This document shows, piece by piece, positions 12,233 to 25,534 of a stretch of DNA of 64,000 nucleotides. Below the pieces are notes generated by a model. It did no database searches. It was not told the origin of the DNA and worked only from the letters and a program-made list of their open reading frames with translations. The position numbers and the translations under genes are program-made. The DNA is from Anolis carolinensis (Eukaryota), in the NCBI RefSeq assembly GCF_035594765.1, contig NC_085844.1, forward strand, positions 37,153,923-37,217,922, given 5' to 3'. Position 1 is the stretch's first letter; each line of letters opens with the position of its first letter.

Positions 12233-14460
12233 GAAAATGCATGCTGCAAGGCAGGAGGCCCCTTTAGAGGATTCTCTGGGTAAAGAATATGGGATCACAC
12301 CCAACTTGGGAGCCAGGGACTCACTTCAGCCTCATCAAGGTGACAGAGGATCTTCACAGTGGTTTATGCCCACATGGCATCCCATTTCAGTCACTTCATT
12401 TTGATCCATGTGTATAGGCTGAGATTTCATTGATTATTGGATAGCAAGCAGGTTGTCTGATTGCTGGACCAGATCCTATGCATACTAAGTCTTCTACTAA
12501 ACCTTCTACAATGTGACAGCTACGCAAAGCAGGCTGTCTTATGCCCTCCCCATTTAATTTAACCATCATCTCTCTCAATAAATGTTCTTCCCTAAGCATT
12601 AACAACAAAAGCAGTTGACAAAACTGAACAGGAGATGTAGTACATTTTAACAGTCTGAATTTTTAATTTGCACCCCCTGATGTTTATGCAAATACTGTGA
12701 AGTTTCAATGCTTAGCTCCATTAATACAGCCTAATTAAATTCAAGATGGATTGTCTTCCGTATTCCTAAAAGAAATGGCTGGTACTACTGTATAAGTAAC
12801 TATTCAAAAGTATCTTAACAATTTTGCATTAAATAAAGTGATATGATGTTGAGCTTGTCCTGAGAGCATAACATTTTCCCCTTTTCTCCCTTGAAGTACT
12901 TGGCAAAAGAGACAGGCTGACAGTTTTCTTTGTTATAATTCAAAAATTTGACATACTACTGTTGGTTCTTCAAATTTCCCCCCCTCGCGCCATTTAGCGT
13001 TCCCTTTCCTACTTAAGACAAAGCATCAGTTGGTTTAATTTATGGATGAATATATAATTGGGCTTCCCTGCTAAACTTCTGCACAGTGGTCTCATGCACA
13101 CAAAATAGTGCATGTGAAAATGAATGTGGTTCCTATATATTTAGTTACACGTATCAACGTGCAGCACCAAGTAAAAGTACATGAGATCTGTCAGTCAAAG
13201 ACCTTAGTAAAATGTAAATGAACATCCATTAGCTTTTATTTGGATTTCCATATTTAGGATCAGGTTGAAAAGCAGATAAAAGAAACCTGCTTTTCCAGTA
13301 CAATGTAAAGCACCTCAACAAGGGATGATAGGAGATGTAGTCCAGCAACATCTGGTGTGCTATGCATTCCTGACCTCTGCTGTAAAATTTTACAAAGCCA
13401 GTGCACACAACCACAATTCTTTCATAATCAAATATCTCAGTAAAGATATTGTGTATGAGTACTACATATCTATATCCCTGGGGCATATTACTTAGGATGC
13501 TTTGGGTTAAACCTTGGGGAAAATCTTATTGCTCCCACCCCTCTCTGTCTATGGCACAGAACCATTCTTCTGTCACTTTCTTTCCATAAATAATAAAAAA
13601 AAAACAGTGGAGAAACTTGGTGATAGCAATAGTGGAGTTGAAAATGTAATGCTGGCATCACTTGAAATAAGAATAGTCTCTGGAAGTAAATATTCTGACA
13701 TTGCAAATGTTAAAATTAATTCCCACTTCAAACAGAGCTCTTTAATTGGGGAGCATCTCAAGCACAGACCACATATCCCAACTAACACAACGATTATGTT
13801 AATTGCCATGGCCCCCTTACAAGTCTTGGGTGGATCTGAAGTAAGTAGTTTGTTATTCTGGCCTGCTTTTCCAACCACACTCATTTTGCTAAATTGCATT
13901 TCTTTAAGAGAGTGGGCTGATATACTGCAAGTGTTACTAATTCCATCGAAACCCCCTCCCCCTTTGCTTCCTTTGAAACAGAAGATCAAAACCTCAAGCC
14001 ACTTTTTTATTTTTAAATGATGTGTTTCCATAAACAAAACTAGACATTTGAAATAACCACTTTATTAAGATTAGGTGTCCCTGAAAAGGGCCTCTGTTTT
14101 TCTACCAACCGCAACACAAAATTATATGCAAATTGTTAAGATATGTTTTTTAAAGTCTACACAAGAGTTTGAAAAAGGACAGTTGGGGAGACATCTTAGC
14201 AGGACGGATTTTGCTAGCACTCCTACTCCTGCCAAAGTCTGCTAGAACACTGCAATCCATGAACAGCTAGTTCTTCAACAGTACAGCAAAATGAAGAGTA
14301 TTGTTCTAGAGGAAGGGGACTGCAAGCCACTTTTAAATTTTATTGCAAGATAAGAACATTACTCAGTTATTTTATACCACATTATTATATATCTATCCCA
14401 TTAGCTGGATGAACATGTGTTCCATTGTGTGGCTCTGTGGATCTCCTATTAAAAAAGAGA

Positions 14461-14786
14461 GGTAAAGGTAAAGGTAAAGGTTTTCCCCTGACGTTAAGTC
14501 CAGTCGTGACCGACTCTGGGGGTTGGTGCTCATCTCCATTTCTAAGCCGAAGAGCTGGCGTTGTCTGTAGACACCTCCAAGGTCATGTGGCCAGCATGAC
14601 TGCATGGAGCGCTGTTACCTTCCCGCCGGAGCGGTACCTATTGATCTACTCACATTTGAATGTTTTTGAACTGATAGGTTGGCAGGAGCTGGAGCTAACA
14701 GCGGGTGCTCACTCCGCTTCTGGGGTTTGAACCTGGGACCTTTCGGTCTGCAAGTTCAGCAGCTCAGTGTGCCACCACCAGGGGCC
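14461..14786 (-). mobile_element. Sauria SINE, full length
   Basis: (GGTAAA)3 tail at left, tRNA-like head at right; ATTAAAAAA on both flanks as a probable TSD. Confidence 0.92.
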
Positions 14787-16900
14787 AATTAAAAAAAAAG
14801 AACTGAACATTAAAAACCTTTCAATATCCTATGTAGCTGATTCCTCTCAATGGGATTGTTAGTCACCTTGCGTCCCTTTATCGGGAGAAAGGTGAGATAA
14901 AACTAAGCAGATAAATAAAAACTCAATGGACATTCAAGTACTTTTAGATTAGATGATATCTAATTAATACACAAGGAGTGAGTCTACATTGTTTGATAAA
15001 TCTTTGGCCAGTTCCAAGTATAAATGGTCTGTTTCCATAAACAGAAATGTTCCAGACTGGCCCAGGGGTGGCCAGATGTATCTGTCTGAACTTGCTGCAG
15101 TGCCATATGGGTGTTAATATGGTCCAGCAAGGCTGAAACTGCTCCAGCTCCACTGGATCATCACTTCACCCTCCATGTAGCTAGCTATTGGTCATTTTAA
15201 TTCAGGGATGCTTGTGGGATTGAACACCATATGTACTAACATAGCTTGGTTTCGTTTGAATTATATGCAACTCTACTTAGGTGAATGGTGAGTACTATGG
15301 TATTTATCTCTACTTGTGTGGATGGTGAGTTGAGTACTACAAATACAGATATTCTCATATTTGCATGTCTCAAGCTGCAAAATGTCTTGGGCCATTCAAC
15401 TATTTGAATGGAAATGGTTGGTATTTTGACTTGTAACACAGAATAGTAGCTTCAGTTGCACAGATTTTGAATTTCTGATGCAGTCCATCACTCTGCCCCC
15501 TTAAGCCATTCAATTTAGTCAGCCTTGATGTTGGAATTAATCATAGCACTGGATGGCATACATAGAAACTATGTTTTATCCATATCACATGAATGACAAT
15601 TTCTTAAGGCAGAGATGGAAACAATGCCACATTCTTGTACTGCAGCTCTCATCATTCTTTATCATAGGTCATCCTAGCTGGAGTTACTGAGATGTGCAGT
15701 CCAACAATATCTGGAGAGCTCTATGACTTCCCACTACTCTGTTAAGGATTTGGCCCTCTTTGGAAGCTATTTACTAACTGGTATTTTGGAGCACTTGAGA
15801 ACACTGAAAGGCTGAAACACAACATGTTAAACAGATTTTTTGTTGTTAATTTAATATATATCAAGGACACTTTGAACACATGGACAACGTCCCGTATGAA
15901 GGTTAAGACAAACTGAGGATGTGCTGTTCTGCTATTCCTTTAAAATTAGATTACAGCATTTGTTTTTTGTTTTTTAAAAAATAAGTTTAAATTGTTTTGG
16001 CACTAACACACCACATAGAAAGAACATCAAAAAGCCCTAACAATGAAGAAAACAAAGCAAAAGACACCACATCCACAATATTTTTCTAGACTTGCTTTGT
16101 ACTATATGAGTGGTCATTGTAAATTTGTAATGCGTCTCCTTTTCAGTATCTACTTATCTTTTTAGTTTTCCATACCACTATAATATTCTTTTTTAGTTAT
16201 TGCCAATAGTTCCCTTTTGCTTTACTGGCCACTGTTCATTTTTCAGCTGTAAACTATTTTAAATCAACAATACACATTTTAAGTCTCATGAATGTACAAT
16301 ATGGCTTATAGGGAAATGAGAAGCCAATCAATTTCTTTAATATCTCTGATCAGTTCAGAGGAGAAGATCCAACATGTATATTAAATACAATAGAGAAAAA
16401 CGGATGCCCGCCCAACAGTATCCCCAGGTGTGTTTGAGTTTCTGATTATATTTTTATTAATTAAAATTTATATTTATTATACTTATATTTATTCCTTAGC
16501 TTTCTGGCAAAATGGCATTTTCGCACCTAATCGTGATAGAAAAAAAATCCAATGAAAAGATTAAAGGGCAATCAAAATACATAAAGCAGATTTAAACATA
16601 TGTTAAATGTACATTAGTAAAAGAAAACAATAACACCCAACTGGCCAATCAAATTGTGATCATTTTGAATTTCATGTTTGTAACTGCTTTGCTTCTGTAA
16701 CAGATTTTATAATGTCAAGAACTATCTACCAGCTTGTCACCAAAACAAAAAACATTCAGGGTCAAAATGAAATGTATCAGTATCTATACATTTATTTGCA
16801 CCTTGCAACCTAAGAAATGAAATATAAATGCGAGCTGATACACACATACAAGTGTGTGTGTTGTGTTTTAAAACATTTTTATCATGGCTTATGATCTTGT

Positions 16901-18850
16901 TATTACTTACTTACTTACTTACTTACTTAGGCAATCCCTCGTAGGCCGAGTTTTCCAGTTGTGGGGTCTTGGGGGTGGGTCCGTAGGTGGCTGAAGAGAC
17001 CTATTCTTGATCTGCATGTTCTCCTGCAGTGAGGACATCGGTTTCCAGGTGGAAGGCGGTCCCGGTCAAGGTTGGCTTGACGTTCCTTCCTCTTGGCACG
17101 TTTCTCCCTTAAGACCTCTATTTGTGCCTCTTTGAATTCCGCAGCACTGCTAGTCACAGCTGACCTCCAGTTAGAGCACTCAAGGGCCAGGGCTTCCCAG
17201 TTCTCAGTGTCTATGCCACAGTTTTTAAGGTTGGCTTTAAGCCCATCTTTAAATCTCTTTTCCTGCCCACCAACATTCTGTTTTCCATTCTTGAGTTGGG
17301 AGTAGAGTAACTGCTTTGGGAGACGGTGATTGGGCATTCAGACAATGTGGCCAGTCCAGCGGAGTTGATGGCGTAGGAGCATTGCTTCAATGCTGGTGGT
17401 CTTTACTTCTTCCAGCACACTGACATTTGTCCGCCTGTCTTCCCAAGATATTTGCAGGATTTTTCTGAGGCAACGCTGATGGAAACGCTTCAGGAGTTGA
17501 GTGTGACATCTGTAGACAGTCCACGTTTCACAGGCATAGAGCAGGGTTGGGAGGACAATGGCTTTATAAACAAGCACCTTGGTATCTCTACGGATGTCCT
17601 GATCCTCAAACATTCTCTGCTTCATTCGGAAAAATGCTGCACTCATAGACCTCAAGCGGTGTTTTATTTCAGTGTCAATGTTGACTTTTGTGGAGAGGTC
17701 GCTGCCAAAGTAGTGGAAATGGTCAACTTTTTCTAATGTTGCACCATTAAGCTGTATTCCTGGCATTGCAGAGGGGTTAGCTGGTGCCTGCTGGAACAGC
17801 ACTTAAGTTTTCTTGATGTTCAATTAGAGGCCGAGCTTCTCATATGCTTCTGCGAAGCTGTTTAGAGTGGCTTGTAGGTCTTCTTTTGAATGTGCACAGA
17901 CTACGTTGTCATTGGCATATTGGAGTTCTATAATAGATGTTGTGGTGACCTTGGTTTTGGCTTTCAGTCTGCTGAGGTTAAATAGCTTGCCATCTGTCCG
18001 ATGCATGATTTCCACTCCGGTGGGAAGCTTCCCATCAACAAGGTGAAGTATCATAGCGATGAAGATGGAAAATAAGGTGGGGGCAATAACACATCCCTGC
18101 TTGACACCTGATTCCACCTTAAATGGGTCACTTTGGGAGCCGTTGCTGTCCAAGACTGTTGCCATCATGTCATCATGGAGGAGTCGAAGGATGTTCACAA
18201 ATTTGTCAGGGCACTCGATTTTTTGGAGGATGGTCCAGGGAGTGCTGCGATTCACTGTGTCGAATGCCTTTGCAAGGTCAATGAATGCCATGTGGCCTCT
18301 TCGGCCACATTGGAGCTGCGATTCAGCAGGTTCTGGTAGTGCTCTTTCCAACGTAGTACAATTGATGTTTTGTCCTTCAGAAGTTTGGTTTCATCTGATG
18401 AGCGTAGAGGCTGTATGCCATGGTTTCTTGGTCCGTAGATGATCTTTGTGGCTTTGAAAAATCCCTGAGCATCATGGGTGTCTGCAAAGTGTTGGATTTC
18501 TTCAGTTTTCTTTGTCCACCAGATGTTCTTGAGTTCTCTGGTCCTTCTTTGGACCTCAGATTTTTCACTAGCATAGGTCTTTTTCTTAGCAGAACAGCTG
18601 GTGTCTCTCTGCCATGTTTGGAAGGCTTTTGTTATCAATTAACTGTTGAATCTCTTTGTCATTATCGTCAAACCAGTCTTGATGTTTCTTAGTTTGATAT
18701 CCAATGGTTTCTTCACAGGCTGTGATGATGGAGGTCTTCAGTTTGTTCCAGTGTTCCTCAACATTTTTGGGATGTTCTATGAGTAGATGATCCTTGAGTG
18801 TTGTTTGGAAAAGGGCTCGTTTGGAGGGTTCCTGAAAAGCTTGGGTGTCA
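16901..18850 (-). mobile_element. RTE-clade LINE, 5'-truncated, internally deleted, with (TAAG)n tail
   Basis: ORF pieces with RT motifs AFIDLAKAFDTV, GVKQGCVIAPTLF, LQYAND, LLYACETW, QLRWTGH and C-terminal CPHC..C....GLFSH; stops and frameshifts; (TTAC)n at 16901-16929. Confidence 0.95.
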
Positions 18851-19193
18851 CAGCACATATTAGCTGTGGATAGAAAAAACTTGTTTTCTCTCATTAGTTT
18901 CTTTTGTTTACATAGTCTGTTCCGGTTGATCATAGTATATGAAAGGAAAATGATTGAAATTGAACTATTTGTACTTTGGTTTCCATAGTACTGAAGGACA
19001 ACATCTGTTCACTTTTAATTTTCAACACATCACATGCACTTATATGACTAAACAATGTGCACTGCAAATATGGATGGCCATGACAAAGCCACTTTTGGCC
19101 TCATCAATAACATATGCACAAGCACATACAGTAGAACAAATCCACATCCCTCGAATGCACAGTAGCAACACCACTTTCTACTGTAGTAGTTAT

Positions 19194-19332
19194 GCTTCTT
19201 TGGACGCTTTTAAGCAGAGGCTGGATGGCCATCTGTCGGGGGTGCTTTGAATGTAATTTTCCTGCTTCTTGACAGGGGGTTGGACTGGATGACCCAGGAG
19301 GTCTCTTTTAATTCTATGATTCTATGATTATG
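19194..19332 (+). mobile_element. CR1 LINE extreme 3' end
   Basis: SLDAFKQRLDGHLSGVL*, same terminus as the CR1 at 35441; (ATTCTATG)n tail. Confidence 0.9.
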
Positions 19333-19343
19333 CATTTTTAATT

Positions 19344-20691
19344 GCATTCATTGACCTTGCAAGGGCATTTGACACAATGAATCGCAGTACTCTCTGGACC
19401 ATTCTCCAAAAAATCAGATGCTCTCAGAAACTTGTGAATATCCTGCAGCTCCTCCATGATGATATGATGGCAAGAGTCTTGGACAACAATGGCTCCTAAA
19501 ATGATCAATTCAAGGTGGAATCGGGTGTGAAACAGGGATGTGTTATTGCTGCAACCTTATTCTCCATCTTCATTGCTGTGATACTGCATCTTGTTGATGT
19601 GAAGCTACCCACCAGCATGGAAATCATCTATCGGACAGATGGCAAACAGACTGTAAGCCAAAACCAAGGTCACAACAACATCTGTTATAGAACTCCAATA
19701 TGCTGATGATAATGTTGTCTGTGCTCCTTCAGAAGAAGACCTATAAGCCACTCTAAACACTTTTGCAGAAGCATATGAAAAGCTTGGCCTCTCACTGAAC
19801 TTCGAGAAAACCAAAGTGTTTTTTCAGCAGGCACCATCCAATACCTCTGCAATGTCAGAAGTACAGCTTAATGGTGTAATGCTAGAAACTGTTGACCATT
19901 TCCACTACCTTGGCAGCTACCTCTCCACAAAAGTCAACATTGACACTGAAATACAACACTGCCTGAGCTTTGCAAGTGCAGCATATTCTCAAATGAAGCA
20001 GGGAGTGTTTGGGGATCTGGACATTCATAGGGATAGCAAGATGCTTGTTTATAAAGCTATTGTCCTCCCAACCTAGTTATACGCCTGTAAACATTGATCG
20101 TCTACAGACGTCACACTCAACTTCTCAAACGATTCCATCAGTGTTGCCTCCGAAAAATACTGCAAATCTCTTGGGAAGATCAGCGGATAAATGTCAGCAT
20201 GCTGTAAGAAGCAAAGACTACCAGCACTGAAGCAATGATCCTTCACCATCAACTTCGCTGGACTGATCACGTTGTTTGAATGCCCAAAGCAGTTACCATA
20301 CTCTCAACTCAAGAACAGAAAACAGAAGGTTGGTGGACAGGAAAAGAGATTTAAAGATGGGCCAAAAGCCAACCTTAAAATCTGTGGCATAGAATAGGGA
20401 AACTCTGACCCTTGAGCATTTTAACTGACAGTCAGCTGTTACCAGCAGTTCTGTGGAATTGAGACAAGCACAAATGGAGGGCGAAAGGGAGAACTGTGTC
20501 AAGAGAAAGGTGCATCAAGCCAACCCTGACCAGGACCACCTTCAAACTGGAAACTGATGTTCTCACTGCAAAAGAACATGCAGGTCAAGAATACGTCTCT
20601 ACAGTCACCTATAGACTCACCGCCAAGACTCTGCTCTTGGAAGGCAATCATACTCAGACACAAGTGATCACTGATGATGATGATGATGATA
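19344..20691 (+). mobile_element. RTE-clade LINE, second more diverged copy, with (GAT)n tail
   Basis: AFIDLARAFDT, ESGVKQGCVIAATLF, QYADD, HFHYLGSYLS, VYKAIVLPT with several stops and frameshifts; homologous to 16930-18290. Confidence 0.93.
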
Positions 20692-23169
20692 GCATTTTGC
20701 AAACTCAGAATATGATATTGAGATGACGAAGATGTTACACTGTATCCATTCTGATGAGAATAATCCGTATCATAAATACAATATATTTTAATTGTTTCAT
20801 ATCTTCAGGGACATGATGCTCAAGGATGCTAGATTGTTGGAAAGAAAGATAGGATTGAAAGAATGGATGCATAAGTGTCAGCCCGTCACTTGGCAGACAA
20901 AAAATCAGAGCATCTATCAGACATAAAGACAATTGCTCTCTTATGATGCATTACGTCAACATGAATTTAGAACACTTCACAATTCGGAGGGAGGGAAGGA
21001 GGGAAAATCCAAAAACCTTTTTGTGTCTTATACAGGGAATTGATGTTTGCATTCCATTCAAGGTTGGAGAACCTTTATTCCACATGTATTGCATATGAAT
21101 GGGCATTGGGTTGTACATTCAATTGCTCAACACTAAAATTCAACACAAGGGTTGTGCAACATAATCGATGTGTAAATTCACATTCAGAGATTTATGCTAC
21201 ACAATCCCAAATGTAGTATCTTGGCCAACATTTGTAGTCGTTTTAATCATGATATGAAATTATTTGCCAGTATTAAAAAAGAGAAACATGAAAATTGTTG
21301 ACAGAGAGCAAGAAATGCATGCAAAAGAGTTTTTTAAGTGAGCTGATCCTATCTATTAAGTTACAAAATTAAACCTAGTAAGGAATTAAACAATTTGAAA
21401 ATCCTATCACATTGTCTTCAATTTTGTATGCATAAAATATAGCATATTTTTGTCATTCCCAGACAATAGCCTCTCTTACTCACTTTCCCCCATACATATT
21501 TACTCTGTGGAATATTGACACTTAAAGTACTTCTAACAGATGGTCACCCATCCTCTATTTTAATCTTTCAGAGAGGAAGAATCCACCACACTCCAAGGCA
21601 GTGTGTTCCACTGCTTGCCCATTCAAAATTTTACAAACTTAAATGTGCCGCTAAAGACTTTTTGCTACCTAGGACAAAGAAAAAGATGGATTCCTCCGCA
21701 CTCCAATTCCATGTCCTGTGCATGCCAAATGCAATGGCAGTTGAATTTTACTTCAGCACTAGCAATGGGAGTATGTTATTAATCCCATGTGAAGCCAGGT
21801 TAGAGAGTGAAGGATGGGCTGTGTTCTGTCCTCCAGGAAATGGAAAGTTGGATCAGGAGCAATAGCTGGTGTTCTGTTACTATTGCTCTCCTCTTCTTGT
21901 TTGCCATGTGAGATTGGTTTACTTTGTGAACACATAGTCTCAAACAATGAATTTGTAAATCACACAGCCAGACACTAGCATGGGGAAGCCTAAGCCTCAA
22001 GACAGCAGTACAACAAAATACATTTCTCAGATTATACAAGCATAGTCCATATTAAACTCATGCATAAAAATCAGCTGACATGTGGCCAAGCTATATCAAG
22101 ATGGTCAAGATGGCTCCTGGAGGCTGTGGTCAAGATGAGGAACAACAGGCAAACTCAGAGGGGTTGTCAGTTTTGCTTTTGTCCAAGTCTACAGGGATGA
22201 GCAAGATTCTTTTCTACCTTTTCTCTCACCCACCTTGAATTAATTGAATGTAAATTAGTGTGTGCTCACTTTGCAGCAGTTGAAGTAGACTGAGGACAAA
22301 GAGGGAAAGTGGGAGAGAGTGAGGGAGAGGGAAACTGCACAATTTAAAGCCAGAGGAAAAGTGGGGTGCCAAAGGAAAATTCAAGGAAAATTATTTTTTT
22401 TAGAAATGGTGTAAAAAAAAAATCCTAGGCATGCAGGGAACTGGGATATTTCTTTTATTCTGAAAAAGAAGGCAAGTGACACACCCCCTAAACTACTTTT
22501 CTGGTTGTTTGCTAGTTGTTTGGCTACTCTTTAAAAGTTGAAGAAGAGCAGGGCTTAGACATTATTTCTGTATCAGCGCATGACCTTTGGAGTTTCCTCT
22601 AGCAAATTTTATGAGAAGCTTTGCAAAAGACTGCGCCTCTTCCATTTGCGGCTTAAAACCTTTGGTTACTCTTTCAGTTGGAGTTGTTTGCTTCAAAAAG
22701 GGATGGTTTGTTTTTGGAAGAGCTCCTTAAAGTTCACCAAGTTCCCTCGGCTCAGCTAACTGCAGCGTCTTAAATTTGTGGTGATGGTGGTGAGCCAGAT
22801 AATACCTCTTGAAGACATTTACTACATTCTTACAAATTACTCATGTTTCAGTAAGCTTGCTTGCTTCTAGCTTTTACTTTCTTCAGTCTGTGCAATAAAA
22901 ATGTTCTGTAATGCTTCTTCACCCCAGCTTTCCTAGACAAAGAACCGGGCCCTAGTTCAAAAAACTGGCCAGGCAGGAGGAAACACACATTTTTTTATTA
23001 TGGGCCCTTTTTACATGGCACCTTTTTAGAAATGAATGTTTTGAAATGTGCTTTAATAGCTTCCTTTATTTGCAAGGGTAGACATGACAACATAGATTAT
23101 GTTTACATACAACTTTTCCCATGCCCCTTTGAAAGCTGAGAGCCGGATGTTGGAAACTCTTTCTTTTAT

Positions 23170-23280
23170 TAGGGTATGAATACCAGGGATTGCTAAAAAG
23201 ACAAATGAGTGTGTGTTAGAGCAAATAAAGTCTGGACTCTCCCTAGAAGTAAAAAATGACGAAGGTGAGATGATTATTTT
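23170..23280 (+). mobile_element. Old BovB-like RTE fragment
   Basis: AKKTNECVLEQIKSGLSLEVK; homologous to 30291-30350. Confidence 0.55.
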
Positions 23281-23435
23281 TTGACAGGCAAACTTTCCAA
23301 GCTTGCGCAGAGCTAGAATGCATGTGGACAGAGTGTGGTCAAGATGGCAAAAGGTATTACTGTGGAAGAACACATAAGTTAGTATAAGCTGCAGCAATTT
23401 GTCTTTTCCTAAGTTTCTATAGCTCTGTTAATAAT

Positions 23436-23992
23436 GGGCCCTTCCACACTGGCCCAAATCCCACAACGAGTCACTGGTTTACCTGAGGCATCCAAATGAT
23501 GTCTCACGTATACCCAGATTAATCCAGAACAAATTGGATTTCCCAGTTAACTCTGATTAATTTAACACCTGGAAAGATCTGAAAGGTCCGGATCTTTCCA
23601 GGTGTGATCCTGTGGGGATTGACTCCCGGAAGTCAATCCCCTTTGCCATTCTGGTTCTTCAGGCTTTAAAAGTCTGAAAAGGCAGGATGGCACCACCCAC
23701 CTTCACCTCCCAGCCCCCTGTTTTCCCCCAAAACTTACCTGAGAGGCCTGGCTCAAAATGACATTTCAGGAGCTTTCGCTGAGGGGCCAGAGTATGCAGC
23801 TAGGCCCCTCAGGTAGGTTTTGGGGGAAAACAGTGGGCTGGCGGCAGGCTGGATGTCCTCCCAGGTCAATCTCTGGTTGATTCCAGGAGGGCATGTAGTC
23901 ACCACCCCAGCTGGTGTGGAGCCTGAATCCCATGAGGAACTGGGATTAAATATCCCAGTTCCTCCCAGGATTTGGCCCTGTTTGGAGGGTCC
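23436..23992. mobile_element. PIF/Harbinger-like MITE
   Basis: Ends GGGCCCTTCCACACTGGCC / GGCCCTGTTTGGAGGGTCC followed by TAA; several internal palindromes. Confidence 0.7.
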
Positions 23993-24942
23993 TAAAATAT
24001 TATCAATAGAACAGGTGTAAAATCTGGAATATATGCTTTGTAATTTTAATTTTTGTTACTTCTGGGTGCATGTGGTGTCATTTACCATAGTAACAAAGGA
24101 ATACATTGCCTGGGGGGGAGGAGAGGAGGAAGTGGTGGTGATGGTGGAGGAAAAGGAGGAGGAAAATGATGAATATTTCAAAATATGAAGATTAACCAAG
24201 TAGTTTTTGAAATGAACTTTCCCCAAGCTCCAAAAACCATCTACTTCAACCTCTCTGAAACAGAAAGTGTTGAAGAGCAGTTTGATCACCTGGAATACAT
24301 CAGGAATCAGACCTTGGCACAAATTGAACAGTTACCAAGAAATGGAAATCAAAGGAGCTGAGCAGGGACATAATAAGCACCTAGGATGACTAGATTGCTG
24401 AGACATCTTCATTGGTATCAAACAATGGGACATTGCATACAGGCCTTCTTCTCTCATCTTATATATGCTGTCTTTCTCATGTATTGGCTATGTAAGGTTT
24501 AAGTTAAGCAAACAAGTTCTTTGTGTGACTGTATCCATGCAAGCAGCAAGGGTTACATCTTGCTAAGAAGCTTGCTATCCTAAGCCAAAGTTATTTCTCT
24601 TACTAACCCTCTCTGTTCTTCAGTTCTGATTTCAGGGAAGGTTTATGCTTTCTCAAATGGTTTGGCCCTTCCATCATGTTTTAACTATAATTTTCCACTT
24701 AGACTTTGGGCCCTTCCACACTAGCCCAAATGTGAATGAAATCAGCATGTCCATGGGGATCGTGCATGGTGATCCCAGAAAGTAGTCCCCAGCTCCCCAC
24801 ACACCCCATATCTGCAAAGATCCAGACCTTATTAAAATACCAGATCTTTCCAGGCATTTTTTTAACCAGGAATAAACCTGTATTTATACTGGGTTAAACC
24901 ACATTATCCTGGAGCATTGTTCAGACACTCCAGGCTAATGCA

Positions 24943-25146
24943 CCCCCTATACTGCATCAAAGGACATTGTAGATGGGACCTTTAACTGCCATGGCTCTAT
25001 GCTAAGGAACACAAAGAGGGTGAGCCACAACCTTCTTTGTCAGAGAAGACTAAAGACCTTGTAAAACTCTAATAATTTCATAACATTGAGCAGTTAGCAG
25101 TTAAAGAGGAATCAAACAACATTAATTCTACAATGTTGATGCACCT
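24943..25146. mobile_element. Harbinger-like short MITE (family also at 10918, 51420 and 53167)
   Basis: TTTAACTGCCATGGCTC...AAAGACCTTGTAAAACT...ATTAATTCTACAATGTTGATGCACC shared with the other copies. Confidence 0.6.
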
Positions 25147-25210
25147 TATGATTCCATTTTAACAGCCATGGACCATTCCATTGAATCCAGGGAAATGCAA
25201 TTTAAGAGTA

Positions 25211-25534
25211 CAGTAGAGTCTCACTTATCCAAGCTAAACGGGCCGGCAGAAGCTTGGATAAGTGAATATCTTGGATAATAAGGAGGGATTAAGGAAAAGC
25301 CTATTAAACATCAAATTAGGTTATGATTTTACAAATTAAGCACCAAAACTTCATGTTATACAACAAATTTGACAGAAAAAGTAGTTCAATACGCAGTAAT
25401 GTTATGTTGTAATTACTGTATTTATGAATTTAGCACCAAAATATCATGATATATTGAAAAACATTGACTACAAAAATGGCTTGGATTATCCAGAGGCTTG
25501 GATAAGCGAGGCTTGGATAAGTGAGACTCTACTG
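25211..25534. mobile_element. Tc1/mariner MITE, copy 3, nested in an older MITE
   Basis: Perfect TIR CAGTAGAGTCTCACTTATCCAAGC, TA flanks; both flanks continue a degraded MITE (about 25150-25635). Confidence 0.92.

Noticed and set aside
16927-18933. RT ORFs as an active autonomous element or host gene
   Set aside because: Stops, frameshifts, an internal deletion and no endonuclease domain
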